A stretch of 64,000 bases of DNA from Terriglobia bacterium. Its GTDB lineage: Bacteria; Acidobacteriota; Terriglobia; JAJPHL01; JAPKYU01. The stretch lies in the NCBI GenBank assembly GCA_965223005.1, contig CBDCVK010000010.1:832001-896000 (forward strand). The letters are read 5' to 3'. Position numbers and translations under genes: made by a program. The notes under the pieces are model-generated. The model searched no databases and had not been told where the DNA came from. It saw nothing but the letters and a program-made list of their open reading frames with translations. Of this stretch, positions 27,241 to 37,261 are shown in pieces (within the stretch, counting starts at the first letter, position 1; each line of letters starts with the position of its first letter).

Positions 27241-30213
27241 GCCTGAATTCCCCAGCCGCACGGGGCCTGGGTCAGGAGCAAGCGGGTCAACAAAGCGCGT
27301 GGTGTCCAGCAGGATCACGCCGCCAGGGGCTGGCTGAGGTTGGGCCAGTCGGGCCTGGCCACCCAGGAAATCCGCCCGTGGCAGGAGCAGTGGACCGGCG
27401 TCCGGGGTGAACCCCCGCGACCGCGCTACCACCGTCAGTGGAAAGCCGGTGCGGAAACCGGCAATGCCGGCCAACTGCCAACCGGAGAGCACCGCTTTAG
27501 CCCAGCCGGTCCGGTGTAGCCGGGGAATCTGCCACAGCAGGTTGACAACCAGGTTGTGACGCTGGTCAAAGTCGGCGTCGCCGCGGTCGCCGGAGGCGTC
27601 GAACTGGCGCTGAAAGCCGCGCTCTGGACGTGACCCCAGCAGTGGATCTCCCTGGTTGTCGATCGCATGGCTCCAGGTATGGGATACCTGGAACTGCAAG
27701 CCGCGGCTGAAGCGCCGCAGTACGCTCGTTTCGAGGGCCAGGAAATTCGAATTTCCCTGGTTGGTGAATGCCTGCACCTCGAACACGCTCGGATTTTCCA
27801 ACCCTCGGTTGAGGATGTCGCCCGCAATTAGTTTGCGCCCCAGCGAGCCGGTACCATTTACCTCAAGAAGCATGTTGCGGGTGAGGGCGTGTTGTACGCC
27901 TGCAAACCAAGTCTGCACATAGGGAGTGCGCAGGCCGTCCTCCACGGCAAAGGCCTTCCCGCGGGGAATGCTGGCCGGCCCGCCGGGCAGGGCCTCCGAG
28001 GCCGGCGAGGTGTAGCGAAAGCCTGAGTCAAGGAAGACCTGCCGGAAGTTGTTCTGACGCAAAGGATCCCATACCAGGTTGAAGATGCGGTCGTAGTAAA
28101 TCCCGTAGCCACCGCGAAACACTGTTCGGCTGTTGCCGAACACATCGAAGGCGAAGCCGAAGCGGGGGGCAAAGTTGTTGTGGTCCTTGCGGTAGAGGAG
28201 GCCGCGAAGATCACCTGGGTTGTCGGGCGTGCGCCGCAGTGAGCCGGCGGCGACGCGTTCGAAGGGCGTCGCTCCGTCACCCAGGTAAAAATTCACATCT
28301 TCGGACTGGCGCGTGTTGTGCGGCACCCCGAAATATTCGTAGCGCAGGCCCAGGTTCAAGGTGAGCCGGCGTGACACACGCCAGTTGTCCTGGAGGAACA
28401 CGGCGAACTCAGTCTGGCGGTAGTGGCGCATGTAGTCGGGGGCACGGTAGCGGTCCGTGGAGAAGCGGTCCACGGTGGTGATGAGTCTATCCGGGCGGTC
28501 GGCGGCAAACGCTGCTAAGTCGGGAAATCCGAAGAGGCCAATGCGCAACGGGGCTAGCAGGCTGGAACTGATGGTTCGCCGGTATTCGCCCCCAGCTACC
28601 AGGTGGTGCCGGGCCAGCAGCACGCTGAAGTTCTCCACGAAGTGCAGCACGTTGTCCGTGTAGCTTTGTTCAGTCTGAGCAGCAACATTTCCGGGAAGGT
28701 GTGTCCCGTCGTCGGAAGACAATTCTGGAACACCGGGCGCCGGAGGCACAAACTCATTGCGGTTGCGGTTCAGCCCAAACTTGGCCTCGTTGACCACTCC
28801 CGGCCCAAGCCGGTGGACGTATCCCACGGCCAGGTTCCGCGAGGCGGTGGTGAAGGGCACACCGAGGTCCTGGTAGGGGCTGAAGGTGACATTGTTGAAA
28901 GTTTGGTCAAAGGAACCGAAACGGACAAACAGGCGGTCGCGGTCCGGCCGAAGATCGAAGTCCGCGCGTGCGGAGCCCGAAATCGTGTTGATCGGAATGT
29001 GGGGAAAAATGACACCTTCGATTCGGTCGCTATCGACCGTTTGGATCTGCGAGAGCGGCAGCAGCGGGTAACGTTCCAGCAGGTCACGGGCAATGGGACC
29101 AGTCACGCCTGCAAGGAATGCCGGCTGGGGCACGGTCACCGTCTGCGGAGCAGCCACCGTGCTAGCTCGCAGCGCCTCCAAGGCCGTAAACAGAAAAACG
29201 CGGTCGCGCACCAGCGGCCCGCCCAGCGTGTAGCCAAATTGGTGTTCCTTAAATGGAGGCCGCTCCCGGGAGTTCGCATTGTCCTGGAAGCTGTTGGCGT
29301 TGAGCTTCTCGTTGATCAGAAACTCAAACAGACTGCCGTGCCAACTGTTGGCCCCGGCGCGGGTAATCACGTTGGCCACAAACGCGCCCCGACCGTACTC
29401 CGCCGAGAAGTTGTTCGTGGCCAGGCGGTACTCGTCAATGGCGTCGGGCGAGAGCAGCGTGGGCGGGAATGTGTTCTGCACGTTGTTGTTGTCCACACCG
29501 TCCAGCAGATAGTTGGAGGAGGAGACGCGAAACCCGTTCACCGAGAAGCCCAGGCCTCGTTGGGTAGCGTTGTCGGAAGTGACGCCGGGCAGCAGCACGA
29601 ACAGCGTATAGATATCCCGCCCCGCCAGCGGCAGGTCGCGGATGCGCCGCCTGTCAATCACCCACGAGACAGTCGTTGATGTAGCATCAGTGAGCGGTGG
29701 AGGCCGGTCATCGACCACGCCCAGCTTGGCCTGCGCATCGGGACCGTAGATCAGCGCCACGCCGCCGCGTGCGAGGGCCTCTGGTTCGACCGCCGAGAGC
29801 GTCTTCTCCAGGTCGGGCGCCAGGGTTTCGAGCTGGAAGTCGGCTACCGCACGTTGCGCCACATGCAGCTCGACATCGCGCCGCTCGACGGGCCGGTAAC
29901 CCACAGCCTGAACGCGCAGCAGATAGCGCCCGCGCGGTAGGAATTGCAGGACATACTGTCCTTGGGTATTGGTGACGGCCGAGGTGACCGCACCAGTCTC
30001 TTGGTTCTCCGCAAAGACGCGCACCCCATCCAATGGCTGACCCTGCGCGTTTCGGACTTCGCCGCCCAGCGTGGCCTGCGCCGTCTGAGCCGCGGCGGGC
30101 AGTGCCGTGAGCCAGGCGACACACCACACAATGACCGGTAACCATTGATAGTTGCTATACTTGCGCAACGCCCAGGTCTCCGGAAAGGAGAACGCTCCTG
30201 TTACCCCAAGCAT
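27208..30213 (-). CDS. TonB-dependent receptor with carboxypeptidase-regulatory N-domain (Oar-like), C-terminally truncated
   Basis: LPLAGRD, NYLLDGVDNN, NFSAEYGR, FLQDNWRV..RLTLNLGLRYEY, NNFAPRFGFA; ends at LGNSGR without the final beta-strands or terminal Phe. Confidence 0.8.
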   Translation of the reverse strand: MLGVTGAFSFPETWALRKYSNYQWLPVIVWCVAWLTALPAAAQTAQATLGGEVRNAQGQPLDGVRVFAENQETGAVTSAVTNTQGQYVLQFLPRGRYLLRVQAVGYRPVERRDVELHVAQRAVADFQLETLAPDLEKTLSAVEPEALARGGVALIYGPDAQAKLGVVDDRPPPLTDATSTTVSWVIDRRRIRDLPLAGRDIYTLFVLLPGVTSDNATQRGLGFSVNGFRVSSSNYLLDGVDNNNVQNTFPPTLLSPDAIDEYRLATNNFSAEYGRGAFVANVITRAGANSWHGSLFEFLINEKLNANSFQDNANSRERPPFKEHQFGYTLGGPLVRDRVFLFTALEALRASTVAAPQTVTVPQPAFLAGVTGPIARDLLERYPLLPLSQIQTVDSDRIEGVIFPHIPINTISGSARADFDLRPDRDRLFVRFGSFDQTFNNVTFSPYQDLGVPFTTASRNLAVGYVHRLGPGVVNEAKFGLNRNRNEFVPPAPGVPELSSDDGTHLPGNVAAQTEQSYTDNVLHFVENFSVLLARHHLVAGGEYRRTISSSLLAPLRIGLFGFPDLAAFAADRPDRLITTVDRFSTDRYRAPDYMRHYRQTEFAVFLQDNWRVSRRLTLNLGLRYEYFGVPHNTRQSEDVNFYLGDGATPFERVAAGSLRRTPDNPGDLRGLLYRKDHNNFAPRFGFAFDVFGNSRTVFRGGYGIYYDRIFNLVWDPLRQNNFRQVFLDSGFRYTSPASEALPGGPASIPRGKAFAVEDGLRTPYVQTWFAGVQHALTRNMLLEVNGTGSLGRKLIAGDILNRGLENPSVFEVQAFTNQGNSNFLALETSVLRRFSRGLQFQVSHTWSHAIDNQGDPLLGSRPERGFQRQFDASGDRGDADFDQRHNLVVNLLWQIPRLHRTGWAKAVLSGWQLAGIAGFRTGFPLTVVARSRGFTPDAGPLLLPRADFLGGQARLAQPQPAPGGVILLDTTRFVDPLAPDPGPVRLGNSGRGPALITAAS

Positions 30214-30305
30214 ATCTTCAGTTTTAGCCTTTGGTACTGGGCCCTCTCCCCTCTACAAAATGAACCAGCGTGGGCCGACTCAGTGACCCGGGCTACGATG
30301 TGGCT

Positions 30306-32507
30306 CTACTCCTTTGCCGCCGCCTTGCGAGCCTTTTCCTCCAGGGCAGCGCGCGAGGAGGCGTCGGTCGCCAGCGCGGCAGCGTGGCGGTATTGAGCGA
30401 CGGCATCTCGTGAGCGCTGCATTTCCAGGTACAGGTCGCCCAACGCGACTCGGATGAGGGCGAGGTCCGCCTTTCTCAAAGCTTCCAGCAACTCACGCTC
30501 TGCCCGCCGCGGGCGACCCTGGTCGCGGTAGAGGCGTGCCAGGTTTAAGCGGGCCGGGACATCACGTGGGTGAAAGCCCAAGGCGCGGCGGTACTCGGTT
30601 TCGGCCTCGCGGTCGCGCTCCCGGCTGCGAAAGAAGTTCCCCAGCATGTTGTGCCCCGCCGCAGCGTCCAAATCAAGTTCTAGCGCTTTGCGGTATTCCT
30701 GCTCGGCGCGCGCCGGCTGATTGATCTTCATATACAACCCGGCCAGGCTGTAGTGCAGGTAAGCGTAGCGCGGCCCGAGTTCAATGGCGCGCCAATAGGC
30801 TTGCTCGGCCCGAGAAAACTGCCCCATGGCCGTGTACGCCAGGGCCATATTGAAGTGCGGATAGGCCCAGCGCGGCGCCCGCTCGCCAGCCGCCTCGAAC
30901 TGTCGTAGCGCTTCGCGATACTGGCGCTGTTGAAGCCAGCCAATACCCAGGGCGTTGTAAGAATAGGCGCCGCGGGATTCTAACTTGATGGCTTCCTCCA
31001 GTAACGTTCGTCCTTGTGCATAATCTCGCCGATAAATGTGCGCTCGACCTGCGCAAAACGCCCGGCGGGCTCGTAGTGGGTCAGGCGCTGGGCTCAATTC
31101 TGCGGCGGCTGCATACAGTTTGGCGCAACGGTTGAAGTCTTCTGCACCTAACGGGACTGCGTCACCCTTCAAGTAAGCCAGCAGGACCTGCTGGCCTTCG
31201 TCTTCCAGCGCGGCCTGGAGTAGTTCGGCAGCATCCCGAAGTTGATCGGGAGGAACTTCGGTATCCTTCATGCGTCGCAAGAGCCCGAGCGCGTCCCCGG
31301 GTGGTTCCAGCAGGCGACGGCGAGCCAGCGCGTCCCGAAACTGCTTCATCAGTTCAAAAGTTCCGGGAACGGCTAGTCCCCTCGTCTTTGTAGGACGCAC
31401 CCACAGGCCCGTGCCGTTGAACTGCACCTCCGTGGGATCGGCCGAGACCTGGACTTCCTGCACCACCCGCAGGCCGCGCGGGGTAACCGCCATTAGCTTG
31501 TGATTGTCCGCAGTTAGTTGGTCTACAGCCAACTGCCCTGTTGGCGGAACCAAGCCTCGGGGAACGCCGTCCACGTATACTTCCGTATTGGGAAGACCAC
31601 TAAACAGTAGGGTGGCCAACATGGGGCGGGACTCGGTGGCAAAACCAAGATCGACGCGTTGTTCCCCCGTCAGGGCAAGCACAACGTCGGTGGGTGGGGT
31701 GCCCAGTTCTCGGGGGTGTTGCAATTCCTGCGTGGCCTTGGGTACTTCGGTTTTGACGTATCTTGCTGCTTCGCTGAATCCCACAGACCCGTTCTTGTCT
31801 CGGTCGGCTTCGCCTTGTAAGCCCCGCAGCAGGTAGTAGGTAAAGGCACCGTGTCCGCCACCAAACATCCGACCTTCTGCCGAAGATTCGTTCGGCGCAC
31901 TGGCCAGTAGACCGAAGATGTCAACGCCCTTTATTTCAGCCATCTTTGCTTGAAAAGCGTTCGATTCAGCCAGCTTACCTGCGCGGCACGTGTCGACCAG
32001 CAGGATGACCCGCGCCGCACGCCCCAGGCGGCGCTGGACGAGATCCTGGAGCTCTGGGAAACTGATACCCGTTACCAGCAGGTCTTCCAGAGTACTGTCA
32101 TAAGCTACAAGGTAGGCGTCCCTCGGCCCTATAGGCTCAACCACTCCGTGCGTGGCTAGAAAGATATATACCGAATCGCCCGGCTTTACCTTGCGCAGCA
32201 GCCAGGAGCCTATGGCGCGCTTCACTTGGGCGCGTGTGGCCTGCTCATTGGTGATGGTGAGCACGTGGTCGGGGAGAAAGTTCAGTCCTTGCCCGCTGGT
32301 AACATACTTGGCAAAGCTTTCGGCATCGGCGTCGGCGTACTCCAGCCACTGCTTTTTGGGCAGGACCTGGTAGCGGGAAATCCCGATTACCACCGCCCAG
32401 GCTTTCTCGGAACCGGGCGGCGAAAAGAGGTTGTCCGGGAGCTGCCCGGCCAAAAGCGCCGCCGCCAGAAGCAGAACCGCCCCCAAGCGCTTCATAGTGG
32501 TTACCAT
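30306..32507 (-). CDS. Exported caspase-like peptidase C14 + PEGA-like + TPR protein
   Basis: Signal peptide (MKRLGAVLLLAAALLA from 32495), WAVVIGISRY, His in FLATHG, Cys in LVDTCRAG, GHGAFTYYLLRGL, multiple TPRs. Confidence 0.85.
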   Translation of the reverse strand: MVTTMKRLGAVLLLAAALLAGQLPDNLFSPPGSEKAWAVVIGISRYQVLPKKQWLEYADADAESFAKYVTSGQGLNFLPDHVLTITNEQATRAQVKRAIGSWLLRKVKPGDSVYIFLATHGVVEPIGPRDAYLVAYDSTLEDLLVTGISFPELQDLVQRRLGRAARVILLVDTCRAGKLAESNAFQAKMAEIKGVDIFGLLASAPNESSAEGRMFGGGHGAFTYYLLRGLQGEADRDKNGSVGFSEAARYVKTEVPKATQELQHPRELGTPPTDVVLALTGEQRVDLGFATESRPMLATLLFSGLPNTEVYVDGVPRGLVPPTGQLAVDQLTADNHKLMAVTPRGLRVVQEVQVSADPTEVQFNGTGLWVRPTKTRGLAVPGTFELMKQFRDALARRRLLEPPGDALGLLRRMKDTEVPPDQLRDAAELLQAALEDEGQQVLLAYLKGDAVPLGAEDFNRCAKLYAAAAELSPAPDPLRARRAFCAGRAHIYRRDYAQGRTLLEEAIKLESRGAYSYNALGIGWLQQRQYREALRQFEAAGERAPRWAYPHFNMALAYTAMGQFSRAEQAYWRAIELGPRYAYLHYSLAGLYMKINQPARAEQEYRKALELDLDAAAGHNMLGNFFRSRERDREAETEYRRALGFHPRDVPARLNLARLYRDQGRPRRAERELLEALRKADLALIRVALGDLYLEMQRSRDAVAQYRHAAALATDASSRAALEEKARKAAAKE

Positions 32508-32833
32508 AACGCATTTGGATCTTTGATGAACAAGGAAGGCGAGTGCTTGTGCGGCAATATCTCACATTGGAGCCCGACGATGGTTGTTATGTTGGTTGGA
32601 GGAGTAATTCTGGGGCACCTGGGAATTCCTTAGGAAACTACGACTTAACTGCTTGCGCTGCTCCAGCTCATCCCGATTCGGGACTTTCTCGACAAAGGCT
32701 GAACCGGACGCTACACCAAGCAAAGAGGAAAAGGGAAATCTGGCGAGCTGAACTTGAAGCAAGAAGACGGCTGGCCTATGATCTTGCACAAAGGTAAAGA
32801 TTGAAGCCGGAAATTCCGGTTAAAAGGTGGTGA

Positions 32834-33754
32834 GTGATGATCTGTCGGACTGTAACCGCGCTTCTGTGTCTTTGCGCTGCCGCGCAGGCCGCAGCCCCGG
32901 TGGGGATACTTTCCACGGTGTCAGGCAACGTACAAATCGTGAGGGCGGGGCAGAAGAGCCCAGTTCCAGCGCGAATTGCCGACTTGATTGCGGCCGGCGA
33001 CCGCGTCCTGACCGGCAAGAGTTCTGAGGCCGCCTTCCTGTTCTGTCCCGAATCGAGCGCTGCCAAGATTCTGGCCAACGCTGACGTCCAGTTCGAGGCG
33101 ACTTCGGTGAAGGTGCGCAAAGGCAAGCTTGGGAACGCGCGCGAGGTGCCCTCCTGCCGCCTGCCCGCCAATCTGACGCTGGCTGGGGCCAGCCAGATGG
33201 AGTCCGCCATGATGCGTCTGCGGGCACCGATCTCGCCGCTGCGCTCTCCTTCGCGCACCAACATTGCCAGCCTCCAGCCCAGGTTCCGCTGGGTTCCGGT
33301 GAACAACGCCGACACTTACGAGGTCAAGTTGATGGACGGCGAAGAGCGCATTCTCTGGCGCCAGAGCGTTTCCTCGACGGAGGTACAGTACCCGTCCGAT
33401 GCCCAAGCCCTAGCCTGGGGCGAGAAATATTGGTGGCAGGTGACTGCTCGGAAGGGCGAAGAACCGCTGACCGAAGCCGGCTCTTACTTCCGGGTGCTGC
33501 TGAGGGAGGAGGCCGAGCGGGTCCGCGCCACCGAAAGCAACTTGCGCCGCGCTTTGCAGGGAAATCCCGCCGACAACGGGCCGCGCTTCCTGCTGGCGTT
33601 TCTTTACGAAGAGAACGGAATGCTAGACGAGGCAGCTTGGACCTACCGCGAACTGACCGACCAGAGGGACCCTCAAGAGTGGATTCGGGCTCGCCTGACC
33701 GAGCTAATGAACAAGCTCGGTTGGGACCAGCTGGAATCCAGGCCGTTCCGCTAG
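32834..33754 (+). CDS. Exported protein with FecR-like N-domain, DUF928-like Fn3/Ig region and helical C-terminus
   Basis: VSGNVQIVRAG...GDRVLTG; PRFRW..V..ADTYEV..YWWQVTA; LYEENGMLDEA. Confidence 0.6.
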   Translation: MMICRTVTALLCLCAAAQAAAPVGILSTVSGNVQIVRAGQKSPVPARIADLIAAGDRVLTGKSSEAAFLFCPESSAAKILANADVQFEATSVKVRKGKLGNAREVPSCRLPANLTLAGASQMESAMMRLRAPISPLRSPSRTNIASLQPRFRWVPVNNADTYEVKLMDGEERILWRQSVSSTEVQYPSDAQALAWGEKYWWQVTARKGEEPLTEAGSYFRVLLREEAERVRATESNLRRALQGNPADNGPRFLLAFLYEENGMLDEAAWTYRELTDQRDPQEWIRARLTELMNKLGWDQLESRPFR

Positions 33755-33759
33755 TGCGG

Positions 33760-34179
33760 CAATGCGGCCTTGGTGGGGCGCGCACGGCCGAGCGCGAGTA
33801 CCGCCGCGCCGAGCGGTTATTGCTGGACCAGGGTGACATGGCACGGCATGAGTTGGCTACTTTCTACGCGGACCACGACCGAAACCTCGCCCTGGCGCTT
33901 GACTGGATGCGCCAGGACCTGCGCACCGCCCGCGACATCGCCGCCTTCGACACTCTGGCCTGGGCTGCCTACAAGGCCGGGCTCATCGAGGAAGCCACGG
34001 CGGCCATCGGCCAGGCACTGCGGTTAGACACCCAGGACGCCCGCCTCTACTACCACGCAGGTAAGATTTTCCAGAAAGCCGGAGAAACTGAGAGCGGTAA
34101 GGAATACCTGCAGCGCGCAGTCGAGATCAATCCCCACTTTGACCTGCGCGAGTCGCCGACACTCCGTCGAGCGCTGTAA
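33760..34179 (+). pseudogene. C-terminal fragment of a TPR protein
   Basis: ATFYADHDRN...DTLAWAAYKAG...ARLYYHAGKI...AVEINPHF; no start codon or RBS. Confidence 0.6.
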
Positions 34180-34469
34180 GCTTCCTGGCGAAAGCAGAAC
34201 TCAGCGCGCGGCTCATAGGGAAATCAGAGTAGCGGTGCGTGCGCTGTTCCGCGTCGGACGCTCCCCCTTGCGCCAAAACGAAGTTGGGGGGTTCGGGCGG
34301 ATCCTGACACCGGCATTTTTCACAGCTACTTCCTGAAAGCATAAGGTCTCACTCGCCGACTAGTGGCTCGGCTCTCGTTGTGCTATGTTGCCGCTAGCAG
34401 TACAGCAGTTCCGGTTCCTAGAATGGCGACCGCAGAAAGCGCTTGACGGAACCTACGCCATACTGAGCC

Positions 34470-35570
34470 ATGCCTGGAATGGAACTGGGCGCCAGAATCC
34501 AACAAGCGAAGGCGAAGCTGGATGCGCACGTGCGAGAGATCATCGACTGGCATTTCAATCCCGAAACCGGATGCCCGTTCTGGCTGGAGTTCGCCTCTAA
34601 GCTGAGCTGGGATCCCAGGCAGCAAATCCGCTGCTTTCAGGACCTGAGAAAATTACCGCCTTTCCAGGACGAGTGGCTCCGAGGAGGCCCGCTTCGCCGT
34701 TGGGTGCCCAAGGGCCTCGCCGGTCGGCCGGTTTACGTTTTCGAAACCGGCGGCACAACCGGGGTACCGAAGAGCCGTGTTGCCATTGAGGATTTCCGCA
34801 TCGATTACGAGATGTTCAGCGAAAGCCTGCCGGAGGAACACTTTCCGCACGGGGCGAACTGGCTGATGCTGGGACCCTCCGGTCCTCGTCGGATCCGGCT
34901 CGCGGTCGAGCACCTTTGCCAGCATCGGGGCGGCATTTGCTTCTTTGTGGATCTCGACCCTCGCTGGGTGATCAAGCTCATCAAGCAGGGGCGCGCGGAG
35001 GAGTTAGCAAGATACAGGGCCCATGTCGTGGAGCAGGCAATTACCTTGCTGAACGCGGGACATGAGATCCGGTGTCTGTTCACCACTCCGAAGTTGTTGG
35101 AGGCCCTGGCGGAGGAGATGGAAGAGCGGGGCACGAGCATCCGTGAGATCGGCATCACCGGCATCTTCGCAGGAGGAACGGAGTTTACGCCGCAGTTCAC
35201 TCGCTTCGCCATGGAGGAGCTGCTGGGCGATGGAGTCTATATGACGCCAACCTACGGCAACACCCTCATGGGCCTAGCCTGTTCGAAGCCCGTGACCTCC
35301 GAGGACGGCTACAAGATCACCTACTACGCGCCGCAACCGCGGGCCGTGATCGAAGTCGTCTCCTTCGACGACAACAATCAGGTCGTTGGCTACGGAGAAA
35401 CCGGACAGGTGCGGTTGACCACTCTAACCCGCGAGACCTTCATTCCCGGGTTTCTGGAAAGGGACGAAGGCGAGCGTGAGCCCCCCTGTGAGGCCTATCC
35501 GTGGGACGGCGTCAGCGGGGTCCGGCCATTCCGCCAGCTTGCTGCCGCGACAACCGTGGGAGTTTACTGA
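34470..35570 (+). CDS. EhpF-like adenylate-forming protein (truncated ANL / phenylacetate-CoA ligase-like fold)
   Basis: WHFNPETGCPFW, P-loop FETGGTTGVPK, DLDPRWV, PTYGNTLMG, LERD. Confidence 0.7.
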   Translation: MPGMELGARIQQAKAKLDAHVREIIDWHFNPETGCPFWLEFASKLSWDPRQQIRCFQDLRKLPPFQDEWLRGGPLRRWVPKGLAGRPVYVFETGGTTGVPKSRVAIEDFRIDYEMFSESLPEEHFPHGANWLMLGPSGPRRIRLAVEHLCQHRGGICFFVDLDPRWVIKLIKQGRAEELARYRAHVVEQAITLLNAGHEIRCLFTTPKLLEALAEEMEERGTSIREIGITGIFAGGTEFTPQFTRFAMEELLGDGVYMTPTYGNTLMGLACSKPVTSEDGYKITYYAPQPRAVIEVVSFDDNNQVVGYGETGQVRLTTLTRETFIPGFLERDEGEREPPCEAYPWDGVSGVRPFRQLAAATTVGVY

Positions 35571-35594
35571 GCGTTTGTTGGGAGCTGAACAGCC

Positions 35595-37025
35595 ATGCTG
35601 AACTTGCCGATCCTGCGCTGGGGGCAGCCGTATACAAGCCTCGATCAGGACACCGTAGTTCACTTCCTGACGGGCGAGACGCTGGCCCGGGTCAGCCAGT
35701 CCAATACCGGCCTTGTGGCCCGTGACATGAAACAGGCGTGGCGCGCCCGCGAAGCCCTCATCAAGATCCCCATCCCGGAGCTGATCGGCATGATGAGGAA
35801 GGCAGCGGATTTATTCCTCAACGGTGTTCTCCCCGTGGGCGACGGCGAGCAGACGCCGGAGGACTTCGCCCGGCAGCAGTCGGCCAGCACCGGTCTGCCC
35901 GAGCGAATGTGCAAGGCCAACATGGAGAAGAACCACTTCGTGTTGTCGAACATCGACAAGATCCTGGACGCGCTGACGCGGCGACTGGATTCGAGCATCC
36001 TGACCCGAGGCTACGGATGGGAGTCCGGCGGGGTCACCGTCAGCTACCAGGTACAGGCGCCAGCCGTGGGGTTGGTGCTGCCCTCCAATTCGCCCGGCGT
36101 GCATACGCTGTGGCTGCCGGTGATCCCCATGCAGGTCGGGCTGGTCTTAAAGCCCGGTCCGCAAGAGCCCTGGACCCCCTACCGCACGGCCGCGGCCTTC
36201 TTCCAGGCGGGCGTGCCCAGAGAGGCGATCTCGATTTATCCCGGCGGTGGAGACATCGGGGCCGAAGTGGTCCAGAGGACGACCCGCTGCCTGATCTTCG
36301 GGGGAACCGCGACCGTCGAGCGATACAAAGGCGACCCACGCGTCCAGGTCCATGGCCCCGGCTTCAGCAAGATCCTGCTTGGCGACGACGTGGTGGACCA
36401 CTGGGAGGACTACTTCGATCTCATGGTGGACAGTGTGTTCCTCAACAGCGGGCGCGGCTGCATCAACTGCTCCGGCATTTGGGCTTCCCGCCACACCCGC
36501 GAAATCGCCGCAGCGTTGGCCGAGCGGCTGGGGCCGGTGGAGCCCCAGCCGCCCGAAGACCCTGAGTCCAGCCTCGCCGCCTTTACCGTGCCCGGGGCGG
36601 CGAGCGCGATTTGGAACACCATCAGGGGACAGCTCCAGGAACCGGGCGTCGAAGACATCACCGCCGGATTCGGTCCGCGGCTCGTGGAACGAGAGCGCTG
36701 CGGTTATCTGCGGCCCATGGTTATTCATTGTGACTCCCCTGATCGGGAACTGGCCAATACAGAGTTCATGTTTCCCTTCGCGAGCGTCGTGCGTTGCCCA
36801 CAGGAACAGATGCTCGGCCGGATCGGCTCCACGCTGGTCTGCAGTGCCATCACTCAGGAGAAGGACTGGCAGCGCAAGCTGATCGATGCGCCCCAGATTG
36901 ATCGACTGAACCTCGGCCCCATCCCCTCCACCAAGCTGGACTGGTTCCAACCTCACGAGGGCAACATCGTCCAGTTTCTCTTCCGTCCTAGATCGTTTCA
37001 GATCCTCGAAGCGGCGACAGTGTAG
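35595..37025 (+). CDS. Aldehyde dehydrogenase / acyl-reductase (EhpG/LuxC-like) family protein
   Basis: LPSNSPGVH, LKPG..EPWTP, FGG, HGPGFSK, catalytic Cys in NSGRGCINCS, EFMFPF, PHEGN. Confidence 0.75.
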   Translation: MLNLPILRWGQPYTSLDQDTVVHFLTGETLARVSQSNTGLVARDMKQAWRAREALIKIPIPELIGMMRKAADLFLNGVLPVGDGEQTPEDFARQQSASTGLPERMCKANMEKNHFVLSNIDKILDALTRRLDSSILTRGYGWESGGVTVSYQVQAPAVGLVLPSNSPGVHTLWLPVIPMQVGLVLKPGPQEPWTPYRTAAAFFQAGVPREAISIYPGGGDIGAEVVQRTTRCLIFGGTATVERYKGDPRVQVHGPGFSKILLGDDVVDHWEDYFDLMVDSVFLNSGRGCINCSGIWASRHTREIAAALAERLGPVEPQPPEDPESSLAAFTVPGAASAIWNTIRGQLQEPGVEDITAGFGPRLVERERCGYLRPMVIHCDSPDRELANTEFMFPFASVVRCPQEQMLGRIGSTLVCSAITQEKDWQRKLIDAPQIDRLNLGPIPSTKLDWFQPHEGNIVQFLFRPRSFQILEAATV

Positions 37026-37261
37026 CGCAGTTGGGCTTTTCGGACCGAAGGGATCCTCCAAAAGGGGTCGGGGTACTGATCTGTTCTCGGAGGCGCCGCC
37101 AGGCCATCCCACGGTCTAGACGATAGCCCTGAGCTCGAACCCTCATTGAATTTCTTGGGTGCTCGCGCGAGAACGCGCGACCCCGCCGGAACAAGGAGAC
37201 CGGAAATTCGCAGGGGTCAGATTGCTACTATAGAATGTTGCCACCAAAGTCCACAAATCTC

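Noticed and set aside
28603-29679. Long antisense or alternate-frame ORFs (also 4951-6018, 36147-37112, 42028-42945)
   Set aside because: Shadow ORFs expected in GC-rich DNA overlapping well-supported genes
32510-32830. 84-aa ORF in the AT-richer gap between the caspase and FecR-like genes
   Set aside because: Weak start and no motif; more likely a divergent promoter region
26020-34500. attR duplicate of the tRNA 3' end and an integrase
   Set aside because: I found no second copy of the tRNA 3' sequence and no recombinase ORF by eye
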